Shown: piece by piece, positions 47,883 to 58,659 of the stretch | Position numbering within the stretch: position 1 is the stretch's first letter | Layout: the number at the start of each line of letters is the position of its first letter | DNA from: Azolla caroliniana | Lineage: Eukaryota; Plantae; Polypodiophyta | Reading direction: 5' to 3' | DNA: 64,000 nt | Assembly (NCBI GenBank): GCA_043228905.1 | Contig: JBHGNT010000009.1 | Span: 7,068,001-7,132,000, forward strand | Translations under genes and position numbers: made by a program | The notes under the pieces: generated by a model | What the model saw: only the letters and a program-made list of their open reading frames with translations | Databases searched by the model: none | What the model was told of the DNA's origin: nothing

Positions 47883-49571
47883 GATCGGGGATTATTTGAT
47901 TCGGGAAAACATGTTTTGCACTATGCCAATTTCTCCTGGAAGAAGTGTTCTGCAAGTATGGGTGCGTAGGACAAGTAATTGTGGATCGAGGAGAACTTGA
48001 CTCCAATAAAGCTAGGGACTTCCTCACCAAACAGGAGTACAGTTGACATTAACCATGACATACAATCCATAAGCAAACAGGAAGATTGAATGAGGATATT
48101 GTCCAATCGTAAAAGCACTTGCAAAAGCATGTTGCGGAAGAGTAAAGATTTGGCCATAGATGCTTTCGTATGCACCATGGGTGGACCACACAACACATAG
48201 TTCCGTGACCGGTTATGTGCTAGCAGAACTTATGACCGGGCAAACTCTGGTGATGCCAACGGAAACCGCAATTGCGACCTAGACGGCGCTACCATGGAAG
48301 GAAGAAATGAGTTGGGAAGAACTACTAGCGGTCTTGATACGACAACTACAAGGAAGACCACAAAACATAAAGGAAGCAATACGCCGACAACAAGAAATGC
48401 GTTTTCGGAACAAACATCGATTCAACAAAAAGCATTGATTTCAACTGCAGAAGATTGAAGAAGGGGATTGGGCAATAGTCTACAATAGTAGTTTGGATCA
48501 TCAACACAACTCGATATGGAAATTTGATAAAAGGTGGTTCGGACCATACGAAGTTCGAAAGGTATTCGACAATGGAACATACCGACTATGTGAGCTAGAT
48601 GGGACAATACTGCGGGTACTTGTAGCAGGAAACGAGTGAAGATTTTGAAGAAGCGAAGTGACGCCGAACCCTATGTAACCATAGACAACACTGATACAAA
48701 GGAGCAATCAAACAAGAATCACGAAGGTGTAGAAAGTGAAAAAAGTGGGCTAAAATTAATAATTGATATAGGGGAAGAGACTGAGGATGCTACAGATGAA
48801 GGAGAGTAACAAGCATGGGCAACTTCAGCACACACTAGAGGATGTGCGGGTTCAGAGGGGGGCCCTATCGTAGTGTATTTCGTACACTATATGAAAAACG
48901 TATAAAATAACTGATTAAATAAATATGAAGAAAAAGAAGAAAATATTAAAACATATGTTACTTGCATAGGGCAAGATTCAAACCCTATACCTCCATGTGA
49001 ACAAGTTGAAGCCTTACTATTATACTAACACATCATGAGTATTAAAAAAGTAGAAATCCCACATACAGATGTTTTCTAGGAAAAAATACTTTAGTTAGAA
49101 GAAAACGCATGCACATGCACATCTAGCGTGCATGAACACTATAGTCGATAAAAAAACGCATGAGGTTAGAAAAAGCATGAAGTTTAGAAAAAGCTTAAAG
49201 TTTAGAAGAAAGCATAAAGTCTATAGATAGAAAAAGCATGGATGGGGGGAGCACAATGTAATGGGCGGCTGAAAATTTTTATATGAAAAATTGAGTGAAG
49301 AAAATTATTAGGGTTTTAAATATTAAATAAATAAACTACACTTGTGGGATTCACGAGGTTTCTATATCCTTTTCTTTCAATCTATTCATATTCATATTCT
49401 TATCTAAATATTGATTAATAAACTATACTCGTGGGATTCACGAGTTTCCTTTCTCACTTTATTTCACTCTATTCATAACTTGATTTGCCTCAAATTCTTC
49501 CTCCTCCTAGTCCAAAACCCCAGTGGTTCCTACCTGACTCACGAAACGATCTGGCCTCGGAAAGCACGACA
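47883..49571 (+). mobile_element. gypsy fragment: degenerate integrase, PPT, 3' LTR 48866-49571
   Basis: Homologous to 60900-62587; LTR ends CACGACA. Confidence 0.82.
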
Positions 49572-49921
49572 ATGGAAGGCTCAGGGCAAGCCGGAACGGG
49601 CTCAGCCTTCGTAATAAAACATAAAGCCAACTTGATGAAGACGACCACCTCGAAACCAAATGAGTTGTGGTAGTTTGAATTCGGAGCATCAAATTACATG
49701 ACGAGCCACAAAGAGTGGTTCTCATATCTGGAGAAGCTGGAAAAATAGGCGGTCATCGAAATTGGTGACGACGCATCACATCACATCGAGAATGTCAGAG
49801 ACATCCCCTTAACCCATGTCGACCAGAAAGGGAGACTAATGAACGTCCTACATGTGCCAACAATCACCAAGAATTTGGTGTCGGTCAAGAAGATCATCTA
49901 CCAAGGAATGCATGTTCGGTT
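49572..49921 (+). pseudogene. copia-B protease-region fragment
   Basis: Homologous to 31005-31350 (SGASNYMTSHKEWF). Confidence 0.75.
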
Positions 49922-50537
49922 TGTGCGGAAATAACCCTCGGCCACAACCAAGTAATCAACAAGGAATAGAAGATAACAAACTAAAACCGAGATGACGCAG
50001 GATATTTACGTGGAAAAACCACAGGAGCCCACGGACTCCAACTATCGTTATGAGAGGAGGCATACAAAGTGAAACTCAGAGGCAACGACCTCGAGCTCTA
50101 TGTCTTCGCAAATGGCGGTTACAAAAAGAAACTAGTTCTGTATCTCTCTCTCTCACACACACACTTACACTCTCTGTATACAACAATATACAACATCCAA
50201 CAATAACCACTGCTACTCCTAAAGTGATTGCTCTAAATCATATTTATACTTATATGACTTTAGGGCTATTTACAAATATAGCTTCAATGGGCTCATCATG
50301 AAACATATTTACACATATGTTCTTGCATCAAGTTTGCATCGGATCAATCTAGATTCACTCAATCCGATTTCTGGGTCTCATCTAGAACCCTTCCGGATCC
50401 GGTACCGTCATCTGGCTCTTGCAATCCGACTCCTCCGGTTCTCATCTCGATCCCATCCGGAGGGACCGAATTCCCAACAAGCTCCCCCTTCACTCTGACA
50501 TGGGATTTCTCATTAATCTGATCCATCTTCTACACGT
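49922..50537 (-). mobile_element. Tork-like 3' LTR (49922-50479), PPT and last pol codons, cut by a gypsy insertion
   Basis: TGTTGGGAATTCGGTCCC LTR start on the minus strand; ...NPMSE* pol end. Confidence 0.85.
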
Positions 50538-51295
50538 TGTCGAGGAAATCCTCGCTGATGCGTAGAAGTTGGGCAGGACCACGGGGGTCTTGAACCAAGG
50601 AATCCAGAATTGAGGAGGAAGAGTCTGCGATTTACATGAGCCCTGAGACCGCGGTTTAAACTGAAAAGATTTAGTGAAACGAGAGAGATAGAGTAAGAGG
50701 ATCGTGCGTAGACACTGGCGCAGATAGATATGCTAAGAATAACTTGCATTAGGTGGATAAGCGTCTATTAATCAATATATGCGCGTAGCGCCGTGGGTGA
50801 TTACAACTGGATCAGTGCTGGTGTTCGAGCGTAGGCTCTTCAGTAGTCAGATCCAAAGTTGAGTGGGCACACCGAAGGTCGATCCCCTGGTCGGGGGCAC
50901 TCGGGCGTCTGACGCGAGCAGGGGAACCACCTTCCGGTGACACGTCGTAGGACTCCTCGTCTTCTTCTGTCTCTGTTTTCCTTTTTCCTCTCTAAAATGC
51001 CCCCCTTCTCAAATAGTCAAAGGATGCCCTATAGCACAAGGAGCAACCGTTACAAAGCATTCATGACCTATCGCTTTTCCTTCCTAGATTCTACCCCCCT
51101 GATTCGCTCTCCTCGTAACTCTCCCTACTTACGCGATGTTTGAATCCCTATTAATGCCTTAACTACCTAGTACACCTCGTTCTACCTATGCCTAGGACAT
51201 ACACTATTTGATTCACTAGGGGTGTGCACCCGTGCACACCAGTGTTGCCGCGCGTTTTACATTGTTTCCACCTATGGCCCGGAATCTTCACGACA
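50538..51295 (-). repeat. gypsy 3' LTR
   Basis: Minus strand TGTCGTGAAGATTCC...CCTCGACA, preceded by a PPT at ~51296-51309. Confidence 0.87.
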
Positions 51296-51368
51296 TCCAC
51301 TCCCACTAAACCGCACATACTCCGTCTTGTGTCGGGCAACGAATTTAGTGAGGGATTCCGGCCATCTG

Positions 51369-52391
51369 CTACTCGTCCTCCCCTTCAGAACTGGTGCTTT
51401 CGTCTCCTGGGTTCGGTTCCGCCTCGTTCTGCCTCTTGAAGGCCTTTATCCGCTTCCCTGACACCGGAGTCGTCATTCGGGTCCCGTCGAGCTCTGCGAG
51501 ATGATACGTTGCGTTATCATTGACGCTAATTACCACGTACGGCCTAAACCATCGCCTCGCGAACTTACGCGTAGACCTATGTTGGTTGTCGAGGTTGATT
51601 TCGTAGACTAACACCCAATCGGCTTCCTCGATCCTCCTTGGCCGGAGCCGGTGTGTTCGGTCGAACCAGGCCTTGTTCCAGATCCTCGCTTCTTTCACCC
51701 TCGCCGCGGCCTGCGCCACGTCTTCCGGCCTTCGCTCAAGTTGCAGGATTCGGGTCGCTAGCAATTCTTCTTGGCTCATTTCGTTGGTCCAATCGATCGC
51801 CATCCACGAGGCGATCGTCCGCTCCACTGGCATGATGGGTTTTTGTCCAAACATTAGTTCCGTCGGCATGTACCCTATCACCGAACTGTGGGTAGTCATG
51901 TCCGCCCATAGCGCGTAAGGGAGCAACCTCGGCCAGTCGCCGACTCGTCCTTCGCACGTGCGTACAATGGTTTTTACGACCGGACCGTGACCCCGCTCAA
52001 TCTTTCCATTTGCCTCCGGGTTGTACGCCATCGTGAGAAACAATTTTACGCCTAACCGATCAAACAGTTCCTCGGCCTCTTCCGTGTCTAGCTCGCCTTG
52101 GTCAGCCACGATTTTTCCCACGCACCCATATCGGCATATGACATCTTCGATCAGAAACTTGCATACTGCCGCGATGGTCTTGTTCGTTAGTGCTCGGCCC
52201 TCTACCTGGTTTCTTAGGTCTTCTCTAGCCAGCACCAAGTATCGCTTTTGACCCTCTCCCATCAGCATCGTTACTAAGTCGACCATCCATTTTAAGTGCA
52301 CAGTCAGGGGGTATGTTGGGCGCAGCTCGTCACGGTGTCGAACCACCGAGTGCATCTGGTAGCTTTCGCATGTGGACACGAAGTCTTGCAC
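51369..52391 (-). pseudogene. gypsy integrase core and C-terminal domain
   Basis: WMVDL, IVADQGE, YNPEANGKIERGH; no chromodomain. Confidence 0.88.
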
Positions 52392-52589
52392 GCTCTTATA
52401 TATACCCGGCCAACAGTATTTCTCCTTTAACTTCTCGAATGTGGCCCATGTACCCCAGTGTCCAGACCAAGGGCTTTCATGGAACTCTGATATTAGCTTC
52501 TCTTGATCATCTGCCCGCGCTATTACCCGGAGCGGCGCGTTGTTTCGCCTTTTTGGGACCCTCCAGATATTCCCGTTCCGTAGGAAGTA

Positions 52590-54041
52590 TCAGTATGCCC
52601 TTCTTCGGAGCTTTCCTGCTTTCTCCCTAGTCATCGAGGCATCTACCGACATTGTTTTTAGAAATCTTTTGATTAGAAGCCACTCCCCATCGTAGTCATG
52701 TTCGTCGAACTCGTTCAAGGGCGGAGTGCTTCGCCTTTTTATCTTCATCCTTGCTGATCTGAAGAAGTCCTCTGATACCATGCCGTCCTCGTCCTCGAAC
52801 CTTGCTCTAGAAAGCATATCAGCGATGGCGTTGTCTTTACCCGAGATGTGTCGTATCTCTAGGTTCAGGGAATTGATGTACGGAATCCATCTGAGCATGG
52901 CTAGGTCATGAGTTGCGCATCCGGAGACCATACCAAGGATCAGCATGCAGTCCATTTCTATGATCACTTCCGTCCTGATTAGGTAGTCTTTGTCGACCTT
53001 AACCGCCGAATTGATACCCCATAGCTCGCGCTTGACTTGGGCGTATCCTCGTTGTCGCTCATTCAGTACCTTCGCACCGAACCGGATAGGGAAATGCGTG
53101 CCATTTTCGTCCTCTTGATTTACGACCCATCCGATCCCGGTCGGGCTGGTGTCCATTGTGATGTAGACAGGAGTCCCCGGTGTGTATTCTGCTTTGCGTA
53201 AAGTTGGTGCCGCGGTGAGCGTTCCCTTTAGCCTCCAGACTGCCTCGGTATGTTCCTTTGTCCATTCAAAATTCCTACTCTTCTTTAGCAAGCCGTAGAG
53301 TGGTTCGACGACATGCACGTAATGAGGGATCCATATGTGGTAGAAGGCGCATGCTCCTAAGAATCGTCGGACCTCTGTGATGGATCTACACTCCTCCTTC
53401 ATTGCTGAGATGGCCTCTACCTTGGTCGGCAATGGCTTCCGGCCGTACGACCCACATAGATGGCCCACCATCAAGATCTTTGGTTGTCCGAAGGCCGACT
53501 TCTCTCCCGAGAAGGTAAGCTGCGTGTCTTCGAGCCTCTGTAGTATCTTCTCGCAGTTGGAGATATGGTTGGTGACAAACCTTTGGCACCCGTCCACACC
53601 GATCGATTCATCCTTGGTGTCCTCCGGACACCCCTTGATAGGGATGTCGTCCAGGAAAGGCATGGTGATGTCCGGAATGCAGTACCGCAGAACTCTGTTC
53701 ATTGCATTCTCCATGTGTGCCACCGAGTTGGTCCCTCCTTGTGGTAGGGTACACATTCGAACTAGGCCGAGAGGGGTTCGCATTGTTGTGATGTCCCTGC
53801 TTTCCACGGCTAGTTGGAAGTGGTCATACCCCGAGTAAAGGTCTCCAACCGAGTATATGGACCTTCCGACAAAGGCTTCTGTGAACTCATCAATCGACGG
53901 TCCAACTCCCGTATTGCGGATGGTCACCTTGTTGACCGGTTGTAAATCCGGGATGAAGCGCAGCGTACCGTTCTTCTTTGGTACCGTAAACCACCGGTTA
54001 GAGTAAGGGGCACTCGATGGTTCGAGGATGCCTAGCTCCAC
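52590..54041 (-). pseudogene. gypsy RT-RNase H
   Basis: PYSNRWFTVPKKNG, DLYSGYD, LPQGGTNS, FLDD, RRFLG, DTSPTGIG, HISGKDNAIADMLSR. Confidence 0.9.
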
Positions 54042-54730
54042 CTTCTACTTAAGAAGCTCCATCAACATTGGCGTGTGAGCTCTTGGTACTTGAATCGGTT
54101 TGAGACTACATGGCATGTGCGGCACGATAAAGATCACCATTGGTTCAACAATGGTTGGGTCGACGCACCCGATCTCTCTGGCAAGAATGCGAAGGCTTTC
54201 CCATGCCTCTCGAGCATCCTTCTGAACCGCTCCTCTTCCGCCGGCAGTAGGAAGCCACCCCCACCGATCTTCAACCCTCGTAGCCTTTTGTCGGTGAAAC
54301 AGTGTCTTATACCGGCCGGATCTCGCAAGCTCGGGTCGGTAGCGACCCCCTTTATTCGTTCCCAGCTGCCCTCCAGTAAGGGAACCGCGACGGGCTTCAC
54401 CTTCCGGTCCAAAATCTTGTACTTGGTGTCTACTCAGGCGATCCGATGCACCTTGGTTTTTCTTTCGAAGTCCGCAATGACTTCATACATGTCGACCGAG
54501 TTGACCGGTATGACTCGATCTTCGCTAAGGCCTCCTTCGACTGCCTTCCTGATTTCTCCAAGGGTGTCATCGAACGAGACCGCCTCCAGGGCTTCCCTAA
54601 TCCTTTCGTCGTGACTCAAGGCTCCGCACGCCTTTAAGCGTATCTCGGCCCATTTTCTTTCTCGGCCACTAATGTTGGCTATGGTACATCCCCCATTGTC
54701 GGAGAACAAAACTTTCCTTCCTATTTTATA

Positions 54731-54799
54731 GGTGTAGGGAATTTCCCAGCTATCCGGACTATCGCGGCCCCACGCCTTGATAGCCCTTTCTAAAAATCC
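54731..54799 (-). promoter_or_regulatory. predicted -1 ribosomal frameshift signal (G GAU UUU plus pseudoknot)
   Basis: Same heptamer and stop; the -1 frame is open into ORF 54434-54709; stems 54786-79/54763-56 and 54776-68/54739-31. Confidence 0.7.
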
Positions 54800-55416
54800 G
54801 CCATGTCGTTATTTCCGAGGGTGTCCCTGTTCCGCTCGTGATTCTTCCGAACGGTAAAAAATTGGACAGAATGACGGCCGTCCTGACTTTTTACCCTCGC
54901 ATAGGTGGAACCATTGTCCAGCACTTCCGTCTCCATTCTAGCCGCCGTAATGTATGGTTCGCCGAGGATGACCGGGTGGGAGGACGTCTCTTGCACAAAA
55001 AAGTGTTGGTTTATATCGACGTCTCCAATGCTCACCCTGACGTTCGGGCAAGCCCTGTGTAGTTCTTCCGTGGCTCTTGTAGCCGCGCGTATCTTCCAGC
55101 CGTGTTTGGTGTTGATCAGCCAATTCCCCTTTTTGTAGAAGTCCATGGACATCAGGTTAATTTCCGACCCATGGTCGATCAATGCCACCACCGGTTCCTT
55201 CACGTCCCCGATACGAACGGGGGTTTCTGTTGTCACTCTCGCCCAGAGCGGCCTGGCGTAGTGGCTCTTCGCGAGCTCTTCTTCTGCGGCCCCCTCGTCG
55301 AGGAGTGCCGCCCTTACTTCAACCGGCTTCTCGGGCTCCGGTTCCGTCGTGAGACGCTTTCTCTTCACGAGGTCCATGATGTAGTCATGGAATTCCTGTC
55401 TCGCTATGCCAAGCAC
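54790..55416 (-). pseudogene. gypsy gag C-terminus and aspartic protease (end of ORF1)
   Basis: ALIDHGSEINLM, VILGEPY; ends DF*. Confidence 0.85.
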
Positions 55417-55823
55417 TTCCCTAAGCGTGAGTTCTATGCGATTGTCGAGAACTCGCTCCTCTAGAACCTTCTGTAGGTTCGTTGTTTTCTTGATTTCCGA
55501 GCTTAAATGGAAGCTCGGAATCCTACGCTTCTCCTTCTTCTAGGACCCGCTCGGAGTGGCATCGTGCCCTTTCGGCATGCTTCGGGTGTCATACCTCCCC
55601 AAAGGGCCCGCTCCCCCGGTTTTCCCCGCTCGCCTTTCGTCGATCAGGGCCTCCACAAAGCCGGTGCTCTCCTCAAGGGGGTCACTCCAGCCGGTAACTT
55701 CGCGTACACGCTCCTCCGCGCGCTCCGCTTCTACCTTCTACAACCTTCCTCCCAACAAGGTCTCGAGAATAACCGGCCAGAACCCAGGGTTTGAATAGGG
55801 TTTAGCCGCCTTTTCGCCTATGT

Positions 55824-56553
55824 TGTTGTAGTGTGAATCACACACTACGTGAAATATGTAAAATACTATATCCGATTTAAAGTACGTATAATAAATAAAA
55901 TAAAATATTAAAAATATTCATTACATGCATAGGGTAGGATTTGAACCCTGTACCTCCATGTGGACAAACCCCAACCTTACCATTGAACTAACTTATCCTA
56001 AATGTTTTACATATAGGTTTAATACGTATAAGACCTTTCTTTACGCCTACCTTTATTAAAAGGTAAGTCATGCATTTTTTAGAATGCGTGAATACTTTAT
56101 TTATAAGAAAAATGTACACCAATAAAAAATTACTCGTGCACATCTAACGAGCATGAGCACTATATTTAGGAAATAAAAGTATAGTGTAAAAAGGCAACTC
56201 ATGGGCATTTAGTGTACAGGAACACTTTAGAGAAAGCATGAAGCTATGCTTAGCCTCTTCCATCCTTATATAAGGAGGAGAGAAAGATGTATGGAGGGTT
56301 GTTGCTTATTTTACAAGGGTGGATTAATATAATATAATCGTGGGATTCACGAATTTGCTAACTATTTTTTTTTCTCTTAATCTGAGTACTCACTAATACA
56401 CTATACTCGTGGGATTCACGAGTTTTTCATATCTTTCTTTCTTACAACATATTTCATATTCTTCATTGCCTTAGAATTTCCTTTTCTCCTAGTCCAAAAC
56501 CTCAGTGGTTCCCGCCCGACTCACGCAATGATCCGAAGCCGAAAGACACGACA
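55824..56553 (+). repeat. gypsy 5' LTR
   Basis: Direct repeat of 61858-62587. Confidence 0.93.
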
Positions 56554-56557
56554 CAAT

Positions 56558-56575
56558 TGGTGAACCGGATGTGAA
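56558..56575 (+). promoter_or_regulatory. PBS, probably tRNA-Trp
   Basis: TGGTGAACCGGATGTGAA versus the complement of the plant tRNA-Trp 3' end as I recall it (TGGTGAACCCGACGTGAA). Confidence 0.7.
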
Positions 56576-58595
56576 AACAGGTAGCAAGGAGATAGAAAAT
56601 CAACTGAAGGCTAACAACATGATGATGATGTTCAAGCGGATGCTTCAAGAACAACGTGCGATGTCAGAGATAGCGGCAACAATTCAACAGAAAGGACGTA
56701 TCACGCTATCTTCGGGACTACAAGGCGGAAATGCTACGGTGCGGGATTTCGGAAGGACTGCAAGTGACATCCTTCAACCGGGTGGCTACCGACGGGCTTC
56801 AAGCAAGTATCCACGGGCTACGACAACAAAATCTGACGTGGGAAGTGTTTGAAGAGGCGCTAAAGACCATGTTCGCTATCGAGGACTCCTCCAAGGCAAT
56901 GTGGAGAGGATTCGAGGATTGGGTGGAAACGCCGGACAAGGGGATGAAGGTCCTCGATGTGTTTTCGGCATTCGAAAGTCGGTTCGGGAGGTTGTCTGCG
57001 AGAGATCAAGCTATCCTCACACCGGACAAAGTTATTATGTTCTTACGAGCCGTAGAAGTCTGGGACCGGAAGGATCTTAGAGTGCTTCTAGAGGACACAA
57101 CTACCGAGAGTGGCCTCACCGAAACATGGGAAAGTGTGCGGGATATCGTCACATGATACACAAAGAGGGGGCAATGGCTTGTCAACGAAGAAAAGAGGGT
57201 TTTGGAACCGATTCCGAAATCGAGATCCGGATCAGAAGACCATCAACCGCGGGCTTGGGAAGCTTCGACCGAGAAGGGAATTTACGCAACTACGGTGGAG
57301 CAGTTACTGAAGGAGATGGAGAATCTAAAAATCGGAATGGTAAAGAAGTCGGATGATCATCCCACAAGCTCCAAGTATATGGACCGTCGGTGCATATGGT
57401 GTGATAGCATCGAACATGATTGGAGGGATTGCGACGAGCACAAGGAAGCGCTACGACGTGATCTTATCTACTACGAGGGAAATCAGATTCATTCAATGGA
57501 TTCTCGGAAGCCACTTTGACCAAACTTTCGGAAAGGCGACATGAAGAAGGTCCTAGAGGAGGAGATCGCGGCGAAAGATAATTATGCAACGACTGCGGGA
57601 ATACGTGTGGGGGAGTCATTTGTAGCAAATGCGTCTTTTTGGCCGGAAGTGTTAGAAATTATGAAGAAAGCTGACCATGATGAAATCCGAAGCGCCGCAG
57701 AATGTATCTGGGAAGCTACGGGATGGGAGTGCCCCGTAGATAAGAATAGCGTACATGCGCTATGTCAATTGCATGAAGTGTATGTGGATGAAAAACGACG
57801 GCGCACGGATGATGCGGCTGGACCATCAAAGACACCGGAAAGCTGGAAGTTCGGAGGGAAGGGAAAAGAAAAGATGATTCTGGCATTCAAGCTCACCTCG
57901 GACATCGAACAATAAACGGACTTGAAAAAGGTGTTCGAAGAGAGAATCCTCGATAGCTGGGTAGAATTTTCGCTTCAGGAATCACTCGGAATAGCGAAGA
58001 AGGAGGTCCATGATCTTCTTGTGGATCTCGTGAAAAGAAAAAGACAAACTACGAAGGAAAATGCACCGATGGTGAATGCAAATACCGTTCTAATGAATGA
58101 CACCAAAGTGGAGGACGAGATTCCGAATTCCCACTATACAAAGCCACACGCGGCGTGTGCAAATACCGAAACTCCGGTCTGAATCGGCAACATCAAAGAG
58201 CCCGTGCTAGCATTGATTGATCACGGATCGGAGATCAATTTGATGTCTAAGGAGTTCTATCGGAAGGGGAAGTGGCCTATTAACACCAATCATGGATGGA
58301 AGATCCGGGCGGCCACTAAAGCAACAAAAGATCTATTTGTGGCTTGTCCGGATGTGACGGTGAAGATCGGGGATGTCAAGATCGACCAAAATTTCTTCAT
58401 ACAAGACGAGGTCTCACACTTCGTGATCCTCAGGCAACCCTTTATCACGGCTTCACGGATGGAGACGAAGGTGCTCGATAGCTGTGCGGCTTTTGCACAA
58501 ATTCGGAGCTAAAACGGAGGGAAATCCATCCAATTCCTAACGGTGCCAGCAAATCATGAAAGGAACAAGAGAGAGCTCTTGTCCCAAACAAGACT

Positions 58596-58659
58596 GGATT
58601 TTTAGAGCGGACTGTTGCAGAGTGGGGAAGTGATAGTCCGAGAAGCCCTGATACCCCAC
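58596..58659 (+). promoter_or_regulatory. predicted -1 ribosomal frameshift signal (G GAU UUU plus pseudoknot)
   Basis: Heptamer directly before the ORF1 stop; the -1 frame is the pol frame; stems 58608-15/58633-40 and 58622-27/58654-59. Confidence 0.7.

Noticed and set aside
47895-47915. Deletion endpoint similar to that at ~60900 (possible splicing)
   Set aside because: No GT/AG evidence can be read, and two cases with short A-rich microhomology are insufficient
55905-56000. Functional tRNA gene
   Set aside because: Boxes are present but acceptor and anticodon stems do not pair; reported only as a tRNA-like cassette
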